A DNA stretch of 64,000 bases from Planctomycetota bacterium (lineage in GTDB: Bacteria > Planctomycetota > UBA1135 > UBA2386), in the NCBI GenBank assembly GCA_965223545.1, contig OZ245006.1, positions 2,240,001 to 2,304,000 on the forward strand, read 5' to 3'. The position numbers were made by a program, and so were the translations under genes. The notes under the pieces were generated by a model that worked only from the letters and a program-made list of their open reading frames with translations, was not told the DNA's origin and did not search any database. Below are positions 10,508-17,781 of this stretch, one piece after another (the stretch's first letter is position 1; each line of letters opens with the position of its first letter).

Positions 10508-11386
10508 GTGGCCACCACCGACCCGCTTTCCCTCCGCCAGCTCGAGCTCCTCGCGGCGCTCGCCGACGAGGGCTCGTTCACGCGGACCGCGCGACGGCTC
10601 GGCCTGAGCCAGTCGACGGTCAGCGAGCACGTCGCCGACCTCGAGCGCCGGCTCGAGCTCCGGTTGGTGGAGCGGCGCCGCAGCGGCGTGGTGCCGACGA
10701 CCGCCGGGGCGGCCCTGCTGCAGCACGCACGCTCGGCGGTGCGTGCCGAGCAGGCCCTGCGTCAGGCAGCGGCCGCCCTGCGCGGCGTGCTCGCCGGCGA
10801 GCTCGTCGTCGGCGCGAGCTCGATCCCGGAAGTGCACCTCGTGCCCGAGCGCCTCGCCGCGTTCCGCGCGGCGCACCCGGCGGTCGAGCTGCGCCTGCGC
10901 ACCGGCAGCTCGCAGCGGATGCTGGCGGCGTTGGCCGCCGGCGAGATCGACGTCGCCGTCGTCGGCTCGGCTCCGGCCAGCGCGGCACTCGAGGCGCGCG
11001 CAATCGCGCACGATGAGATCGTGCTGATCTGCGCGGCCGGCGACCCACTCGCCGATCGCGACGAGGTCGAGCGGGACGAGCTGCTGGCGGCGCCGATGGT
11101 GCTGCGCGAGAGCGGCTCCGGCACGCGCAAGGCAGCACTGCACGCTCTGGGCCGCGAGCCGGCGCAGGTCGTGCTCGAAGTCAGCAGCAGCGAGGCCGCG
11201 ATCGCCGCGGTGCGCGCCGGGCTCGGCGTCAGCCTGGTTTCGCGGCTCGCGGTCGAAGGGAACGCGCGCGACGGAGTCGTGATCGTGCCAGTGCAGGGCT
11301 GGCAAGCGGCACGCGCGTTCTATGTGGTCACTCGCGCGGCGCGCGTACGCACGCCGGCGGCCGAGGCATTCCTGCAGATGGCGTGA
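10508..11386 (+). CDS. LysR-family regulator (CysL / selenium-metabolism-associated type)
   Basis: HTH GSFTRTARRLGLSQSTVSEHVADLE; GELVVGASSIP; LRESGSGTR. Confidence 0.9.
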   Translation: MATTDPLSLRQLELLAALADEGSFTRTARRLGLSQSTVSEHVADLERRLELRLVERRRSGVVPTTAGAALLQHARSAVRAEQALRQAAAALRGVLAGELVVGASSIPEVHLVPERLAAFRAAHPAVELRLRTGSSQRMLAALAAGEIDVAVVGSAPASAALEARAIAHDEIVLICAAGDPLADRDEVERDELLAAPMVLRESGSGTRKAALHALGREPAQVVLEVSSSEAAIAAVRAGLGVSLVSRLAVEGNARDGVVIVPVQGWQAARAFYVVTRAARVRTPAAEAFLQMA

Positions 11387-11399
11387 TTGCAGAACGCGC

Positions 11400-13277
11400 T
11401 CAGAACAAGCCCGCCAACACTTCCAGGCGCGTGCGGGCACGAACCAGAGAGCTCTCGTCCCGAGCCACCTCGGTCGCAGTGATGAAGCCGCGCTTGGCCA
11501 GCACGCGGCTGCGATCGAGCTGCTTCTCCAGCACCTCGACCTCGGACTTCGCGACCTCCAGCTCGGCGCGCGCGATGCCGCGCAGCGCCTCGAACTTGTC
11601 GCGCGCGACTTGGTAGTCGATCTCGGCGACGTGCACCTCCTCCGAGCCGATCACGCCCGAGGCCGAACGCGCATTGACGAGCGCCAAGCGCGCCTTCGCC
11701 AGCTCGGTCGCACCGCGCGATTCGATCGTGCGCGTCACGAGATCGATGAGATCGGAAGCGACCGCTCCGCGACCGATCCCGACGTTGGTCACCGGGTCTC
11801 GCCGGCCGCCGGATCCGGGTCGCGCGACGAGCGGATCCCGAGCCGCTGGCTCCTCAGCCACGGGCTGAAACGCGGCAACCCTGTCTGCCGGCGCCACTGC
11901 CGTTCCCGGCGCCTCGAGCTCCGCCTGTCGCTGCAACAGCCGCTCGAGCTCGGCATGCAGCACGCGAATCCGCTCGCCCAGCTCGAGGTACTCGACACTC
12001 TCGTCGTACGTGACCTCGGGCTTCGACTCGGCCATCGGCTCGGCCTCGATCGGACGAACGCTCGGCTGCTCAGCGCTCGGCCGTCGCTCGGGATCCTGCG
12101 CGACCGCCGGCCGCACACCGAAAGTCGCCGCCATCGCCAGGACCAGCGCCGTGGTGCCGACCACCGCGCCCCATCGTTCGCGCACCGAGCACGGCGCGTC
12201 CATCGAGTTCTTCCGTCGAGCCAACATGTCCATCCTCTTCAACAGCTGCGAGCGCGCGCCGGCCATCGGCGCCACGCCCTGGAGACCATTCGTGCAGCGC
12301 GCCGGCCGCTCGCAGAGGGCGAGCAACGCGCGCAGATACGCCGCGGTGCCGACGCGGGCAGCCGCGCCACGGTCGGCGCGCTGCTCGCTGGCGAGTTCGG
12401 CCCGCCGGCGCAACACCCAGAACAGCGGGTGCGCGTAGAGCGCGGGGGCCGCTGCCGCAAACAGCGCACGGCCGCGCGGATCGCGTTGCCGCGCATGCTG
12501 GAGTTCGTGCCAGAGCACGGGCCAGAGCACCGCGCGCATTTCCGGCTCGCAAAGGGCGCGGGGGAGCAGCACGACCGGCCGGCGCCAGCCACAACACAAC
12601 GGCGAGCGCAGACCGGCGACGACGCGCACTCGAACGTCGGCGATCCACGGGGCAGCGCGCTGCGCGGCACCCAGCTCGCCGACGAGCCACTCCGGCGGAG
12701 CGATCGCCGCCCGCCGCAGCCGCGCCAAGCGCCACACGCCGAGCAAGCCGAACAGCACCCAACCGAGACTGCCCAAGAGCAGCGCGGCGACGAGCCAGCG
12801 TGCACCTCCGCCGTTCGTGGCGGGGCTTGAGGGCCGCATTCCGAGCAAGTCGAGCGGCTCGGCGAGGTGGTGACGCGGCGCGGGAGCCGACGCGGCGTCC
12901 ACGACGGCTGCACGCGGCACTCCGGGCGGGACTGCCGGCTGCTCGGCAACCTCGATTGCCGTGGTCGACGGTGGCGGTCTCCGTGGCGATTCGAGGGGCT
13001 CGAGGGGCTCGGCCCCGAGCACGGGCTGCCCGGCCGCGGTTGTCCAGTCATTCCAAAGCCGGGGCAGCGGGAGGGTCGCGAGCAGCGCCCAGAGCAGCGA
13101 CGCCGCCACGGCCAGCTCGGCGGCGTGCTGTCTGCGCTCGGCACGCCGACAGCGCAGGCCGACCAACCAACCGACCGCGAGCAGCGCAGTGACGCCGCCA
13201 CCCCACAACAGCGCGTGCTCCAACACCCAATCCACGGGCAGTCCCAGCACGGCTCCGGCCCCGTCGTCGCCGATCAC
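11400..13277 (-). CDS. BlaR1/M56-family membrane metallopeptidase with C-terminal coiled-coil region
   Basis: SPLCCGWRRPVVLLP, HELQH...RD, HPLFW, SEQRAD; coupled to the upstream BlaI-type gene. Confidence 0.85.
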   Translation of the reverse strand: MIGDDGAGAVLGLPVDWVLEHALLWGGGVTALLAVGWLVGLRCRRAERRQHAAELAVAASLLWALLATLPLPRLWNDWTTAAGQPVLGAEPLEPLESPRRPPPSTTAIEVAEQPAVPPGVPRAAVVDAASAPAPRHHLAEPLDLLGMRPSSPATNGGGARWLVAALLLGSLGWVLFGLLGVWRLARLRRAAIAPPEWLVGELGAAQRAAPWIADVRVRVVAGLRSPLCCGWRRPVVLLPRALCEPEMRAVLWPVLWHELQHARQRDPRGRALFAAAAPALYAHPLFWVLRRRAELASEQRADRGAAARVGTAAYLRALLALCERPARCTNGLQGVAPMAGARSQLLKRMDMLARRKNSMDAPCSVRERWGAVVGTTALVLAMAATFGVRPAVAQDPERRPSAEQPSVRPIEAEPMAESKPEVTYDESVEYLELGERIRVLHAELERLLQRQAELEAPGTAVAPADRVAAFQPVAEEPAARDPLVARPGSGGRRDPVTNVGIGRGAVASDLIDLVTRTIESRGATELAKARLALVNARSASGVIGSEEVHVAEIDYQVARDKFEALRGIARAELEVAKSEVEVLEKQLDRSRVLAKRGFITATEVARDESSLVRARTRLEVLAGLF

Positions 13278-13669
13278 CGCGATCGCCTCCGCCCACGGCG
13301 CTCGACCTCGTCGAGCAGCGCCCGCATCTTCTGCAGCTCGCCGCTGTTTGGCCGCCTCGCCTGCAGCGCGCTCGCCACCAGCTGATCCAATGCACCGTCG
13401 AAGACCCGCTCGAGCACGCCGCGCACCACGTGGCGGCTGGTCAATTCGCGCGGCCTCACAGCGCGATAGACGAACGAGCGGCCAACGGTGCGGTGCACGA
13501 CCAAGCCCTTCTCCTCCATCGTGCGCAAGAAAGCCTGCACCGTGTTCTGCACGATGGGCAGGTCGTCGCGCAGCGCTTCGTAGACCTGGCGCACGGTGCT
13601 TTCGCCGCGCTCCCACAGCACTTTGAGAATGTCGAGCTCGCGCTCGGTCGGCTCGGGCAGTTCGACCAT
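13274..13669 (-). CDS. BlaI/MecI/CopY-family transcriptional repressor
   Basis: PTERELDILKVLWERGESTVRQV...TVQAFLRTMEEKGLV...GRSFVY...LERVFDGA. Confidence 0.92.
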   Translation of the reverse strand: MVELPEPTERELDILKVLWERGESTVRQVYEALRDDLPIVQNTVQAFLRTMEEKGLVVHRTVGRSFVYRAVRPRELTSRHVVRGVLERVFDGALDQLVASALQARRPNSGELQKMRALLDEVERRGRRRSR

Positions 13670-13679
13670 ATAGCTGACC

Positions 13680-13707
13680 ATTCTAAACTTAGCTTTCTAA
13701 GCGTCAA
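13680..13707 (-). promoter_or_regulatory. Sigma70-like promoter TTGACG-N16-TAGAAT with palindromic operator CTTAG-N4-CTAAG in the spacer
   Basis: Minus strand reads TTGACG CTTAGAAAGCTAAGTT TAGAAT, ending 10 nt before the ATG at 13669; AT-rich island in a high-GC background. Confidence 0.65.
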
Positions 13708-13806
13708 GGCGCGGAGGGGTCGGAGTTTTGCCCCGAATCCGCGCCTCGCTCTCCGCTGCATCACCGCTAGAATCCGCGCCGGCCCAAGCAAGGACAGCCC
13801 GGACCC

Positions 13807-15057
13807 GTGACCGAGACCACACCGCTCTCCGCCGATCCCTCACTCGCCGACCTCGATCCGACGCTCGCCGAATGGCTGGGCAAGGAGGACGCGCGCCAGG
13901 CCGGCACGCTCACCCTGATCGCGTCCGAGAACCACACCTCGCGTGCCGTGCGCGCCGCAGTCGCCAGTCGGCTGACCGACAAGTACGCCGAGGGGTATCC
14001 GGGCGCCCGCTATTACGGCGGTTGTGAAATCGCGGATGAGATCGAGTCCCTGGCGCGTCGCCGCGCCCTGGCGCTGTTCCCCGGAGCCGAGCACGCGAAC
14101 GTGCAGCCGCACTCCGGCACCTCGGCCAACCTCGCCGTGCTCGCCGCGCTGGCCGGCCCCGGTGGCAAGATCGTCGGCATGGCGCTCAACGCGGGCGGGC
14201 ACCTCAGCCACGGCCATCCGGTGAGCCACACCGGCAAGCTGTTCGACCCGACGCAATACACCGTCGACCCCGACACCGGCCTGATCGACTACGACGCCGT
14301 GCGGTCCCTGGTGAAGGAGCATCGCCCCGCCGTCTTGATCGCCGGCGGCAGCTCCTACCCGCGAACGATCGATTACGAGCGCATGGCCTCGATCGCTCAC
14401 CAGCACGAGGCGCTGCTGCTCGCCGACATCGCCCACCCGGCCGGTCTGATCGCCACCGGCTGCATGCCTTCGCCGCTGCCGCACGCCGACGTGGTCACCA
14501 TGACCACCCACAAGACCCTGCGCGGCCCCCGCGGCGGGATGATCCTCTGCCGCGAGGAGCTCGCCAAGAAGATCGACCGCTCGACGTTCCCGGGCGCACA
14601 GGGTGGGCCGCTGATGCACCAAATCGCGGCCAAGGCGGTCGCTTTCCAGGAGGCCGCGACACCCGCATTCCGCGACTACCAAGCGCAGGTGCAGGAGAAC
14701 GCCGCACGCCTGGCAAAGACTCTCCTGGGCCACGGACTCGCCATCGTCACCGGCGGCACCGACAGCCACATCGTCCTGGTCGACCTACGCGGCACAGACG
14801 CGACCGGCGCCGAAATCGAAGCCAAGGCCCGCGCCGCCGACATCGTGCTCAACAAGAACATGATCCCCGGCGACCCCCGCTCGCCCCGCGAAACCAGCGG
14901 CATCCGCATCGGCACCGCCGCAGTCACCTCCAGAGGCATGACCGCCGAACAGATGGACGAAATCGCCAGCGTCCTCGCCGGCCTAGTCCGCGGCGAAGCA
15001 CCAGAGTCCTTCAAACCGACCATCGCCACCCTCTGCAGTCGCTTCCCACTACCGTAA
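13807..15057 (+). CDS. glyA: Serine hydroxymethyltransferase
   Basis: LIASEN, KYAEGYPGARYYGGCE, NVQPHSG, GGHLSHG, TTHKTLRGPRGG, FPGAQGGP, SGIRIGT. Confidence 0.97.
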   Translation: MTETTPLSADPSLADLDPTLAEWLGKEDARQAGTLTLIASENHTSRAVRAAVASRLTDKYAEGYPGARYYGGCEIADEIESLARRRALALFPGAEHANVQPHSGTSANLAVLAALAGPGGKIVGMALNAGGHLSHGHPVSHTGKLFDPTQYTVDPDTGLIDYDAVRSLVKEHRPAVLIAGGSSYPRTIDYERMASIAHQHEALLLADIAHPAGLIATGCMPSPLPHADVVTMTTHKTLRGPRGGMILCREELAKKIDRSTFPGAQGGPLMHQIAAKAVAFQEAATPAFRDYQAQVQENAARLAKTLLGHGLAIVTGGTDSHIVLVDLRGTDATGAEIEAKARAADIVLNKNMIPGDPRSPRETSGIRIGTAAVTSRGMTAEQMDEIASVLAGLVRGEAPESFKPTIATLCSRFPLP

Positions 15058-15373
15058 GAAGCCCCCCCACCCCAGACGACTCAACCGCGGCATCAAGCCC
15101 GGCCGGATCGTCGCAGAACCGTTGCGAACCAGCCTCAGCTCCGGAGCTCGAGGTGGTGAGAGCCCTGGGCGTGCCGCATGCGCGCTCCCCCGGCCTCTGG
15201 ATCCAGAGCTGCGGGCGGCGGTCCTGTCGTGTTGCGTGGCTACGCCTGGATAGAAGGTCGCGCATTCAAGATCGCGCGGTTCGTCGCGGAGTGATGCGCA
15301 CTCGCCTCAGCTCCGTCACCGTCGGCAGCGGTCGCACCCCGTGCCTCGTCTTGGACCGCTGTCGGCGGTGATG

Positions 15374-17406
15374 TTGCGCCTGGCATGGGCGCAGAGTTGA
15401 AGATGAAAGTTCTTTATGGATCCGTACTGGAGGAAACCATGAGTCGAAGGCAGCTGCACGAGGCAGAAAGGGGAGCCGTGTGCCGTCCGAGAGGGCGGTG
15501 CGCGGTGTTGATCCGGGATGCCAGAACAGGACGGACACCGTGCCGTGCTGTTCCCGCGAGGTCGTGTGGGATGGAAGCCCTAGACGCAGCGCAGCACCGA
15601 GCGAAAGCGAAGTTCCGTAAGGCTCTCGAGGTCTGGGTCAGCGTGCCATCCAACGTGACGCCCGATATCCAGTCGCGACCTCGGAGTACTGGAACCGGCG
15701 GCGGCGCGAAACTCTGCGTTCTTACCCAGGGAGATCTCTGTGTGTCCGCTTCGAGCGGTAGGTGGGGAGGAGGCAACGACGACCCACCAAGGCATGCAGA
15801 GAAGTCGGATCACCCCGTAGTAGTGATGAAGCCGGGTAATGCCGGTGGAGCGAAGGGGGTGACAGGATGAGAAAGCCGAAACCACGGCAACTGCAGTTCG
15901 CTTTCGCCGAGAGCCCGCAAGGGGACGGCGTGGCCGGAAGGGCAGACGAATCTGCCACGAAGTCCACGTCGGTGCCTACGACGGATTGCAGCCATCGATC
16001 GGAATCGGCTCCGCCGCCAGCGGACGGCTACTGCCATCTGCTGGAGCTGGTCGCGGAGCAGGGCAACCTGCGAAGCGCACTGGCACATGTCGTAAGCAAG
16101 AAGGGCGCCCCGGGCGTCGACGGACAGACGGTGTCAGAGGTCAAGCGTCATGCGAAACACCTGCTCCCGAAACTCCGCGATGCTCTGCTCATGGAGACCT
16201 ACGCGCCCGGCGATATTCGTCGGGTGTGGATCCCGAAGCCCAGTGGTGGGCAGCGGGGTCTCGGGATTCCAACCGTGATCGACCGCTGGGTCCAACAGGC
16301 CGTGCGCCAGATTCTGGAGCCGATCTACGACCCGACGTTCCACGACAGCAGCCACGGCTTCCGGCCGAGGCGGGGAGCCCACACAGCGATCGCCGAAGCA
16401 GCGGGTTACGTGAAGCAGGGTCGGCGGTACACGGTGGACATCGATTTGGAGAAGTTCTTCGACCGTGTCCATCACCAACGCCTCCTGGACCGGCTGGCTC
16501 AGAAGGTGAAGGACCGTCGGGTGCTGCGGATCATCCGCCTGATGCTGAAAGCGAACGTGGTTCTTCCAGATGGCACCCGCGTCATCACGGAAGAAGGAAC
16601 GCCCCAGGGCGGCCCGCTATCACCTCTGCTGTCCAACATCGTCCTGGACGAACTGGACTGGGAGTTGGAACGACGCGGGTTGCGTTTTGTGCGCTACGCC
16701 GACGACTGCAATATCTACGTCGGTAGCGAGCGCTCAGGACACCGGGTCATGGCTTCGATTCGCAGGTTCATCGAACGTCGCGTGCGACTGAAAGTGAACG
16801 AAGCGAAGAGTTCCGTCGACCTGGCCCATCGCCGGCACTTCCTCGGGTTTCGCGTAGGCGCAACTCGAAAGGGCTGGCTGACGGTGCAGTTGTCCCGTCG
16901 CACTCTGGATCGCATCGACGCCCGAATCCGTGAGCTTACGCCGCGGTCCTGGGGTGGTCGGCTGTCCTGGTGCATCGAACGACTGAACCGTTACCTCCGT
17001 GGTTGGATCGGCTACTTCAAGCTGATCACGAAGGCCGCGTGGCGGACCTTGCGGAATCTCGATGGCCATATTCGACGACGCCTGCGGGCGATCATCATTC
17101 GGCAGAAGAAGAGACCGCGATACCTCTTCCGAGACCTTGTCGCCCGTGGGTGCAGCTGGCAGTCGGCTGCACGCACCGCGTTTGGCCGGCGTGGCACGTG
17201 GTGGCAGAGCAACTCGGGAGCGATCAAACGCGCTTATCCCAATCAGTGGTTTGCTGAGCGGCTGGTGTCGCTTTCCAAGCTCTGGGACGAGCGCCGCTAC
17301 GACTGGCGGCCCCTTTGGGGGATACCGTCCTGAAGAGCCGGATGTGTGACCCACAAGTCCGGTTCTGTGAGAGCTGCGGGGGGGCAACCCCCCGCGGCTA
17401 CTCGGC
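15374..17406 (+). mobile_element. Group II intron copy 1 (class C-like), 2033 nt
   Basis: 5' TTGCGCCTGGCATGGGCGC; DV GAGCCGGATGTGTGACCCACAAGTCCGGTTC (17335-17365); DVI with bulged A at 17400; ends fixed by the empty site GGTGATG|GTGCTGAGG at 17663/17664. Confidence 0.93.
15867..17333 (+). CDS. ltrA: Group II intron reverse transcriptase/maturase (no endonuclease domain seen)
   Basis: KGAPGVDG, IPKPSGGQRGLGIPTVIDR, DIDLEKFFD, GTPQGGPLSPLLSNI, RYADD, FLGF, LRGWIGYF; no C-terminal HNH motif. Confidence 0.96.
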   Translation: MRKPKPRQLQFAFAESPQGDGVAGRADESATKSTSVPTTDCSHRSESAPPPADGYCHLLELVAEQGNLRSALAHVVSKKGAPGVDGQTVSEVKRHAKHLLPKLRDALLMETYAPGDIRRVWIPKPSGGQRGLGIPTVIDRWVQQAVRQILEPIYDPTFHDSSHGFRPRRGAHTAIAEAAGYVKQGRRYTVDIDLEKFFDRVHHQRLLDRLAQKVKDRRVLRIIRLMLKANVVLPDGTRVITEEGTPQGGPLSPLLSNIVLDELDWELERRGLRFVRYADDCNIYVGSERSGHRVMASIRRFIERRVRLKVNEAKSSVDLAHRRHFLGFRVGATRKGWLTVQLSRRTLDRIDARIRELTPRSWGGRLSWCIERLNRYLRGWIGYFKLITKAAWRTLRNLDGHIRRRLRAIIIRQKKRPRYLFRDLVARGCSWQSAARTAFGRRGTWWQSNSGAIKRAYPNQWFAERLVSLSKLWDERRYDWRPLWGIPS

Positions 17407-17590
17407 GTGCTGAGGCGAGCCTTCAGCTCTGGAGTCGAGGTGGTGGGAGCCCTGGGGCGTGCCGCATGCGCGCTCCCTCGGCCTCTGGATCGAGAGCTGC
17501 GGGCGGCGGTCCCGGTCGCGTTGCGTGGCTGCGCCGTTGGATAGAAGGTCGCGCATCAAGATCGCGCGGTTTGTCGCGGAGTGATGCGCA

Positions 17591-17676
17591 CTCGCCTCAG
17601 CTCCGTCACCGTCGGCAGCGGTCGCACCCCGTGCCTCGTCCTGGACCGCTGTCGGCGGTGATGGTGCTGAGGCGAG
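17591..17676 (+). repeat. Intact (intron-free) REP-like hairpin H2: 33-bp imperfect stem around a 20-nt loop containing a GCAC-N3-GTGC mini-hairpin
   Basis: CTCGCCTCAGCTCCGTCACCGTCGGCAGCGGTC / GACCGCTGTCGGCGGTGATGGTGCTGAGGCGAG; three of the four mismatches are G-T on the + strand. Confidence 0.9.
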
Positions 17677-17781
17677 CCTTCAGCTCTGGAGCTCGAGGTG
17701 GTGGGAGCCCTGGGGCGTGCCGCGTGCGCGCTCCCTCGGCCTCTGGATCGAGAGCTGCGGGGCCGCCCGCAACTCCGCCAC

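Noticed and set aside
15096..15130. Weak similarity to 20019-20050 (GCCCGGCCG...TCGCAGA) as possible boundary repeats of the array
   Set aside because: Too short and GC-rich to distinguish from chance without an empty-locus comparison.
15385..15870. 161-aa ORF (and its mirror at 19318-19803)
   Set aside because: It lies in intron ribozyme domains I-III and has no protein-like features.
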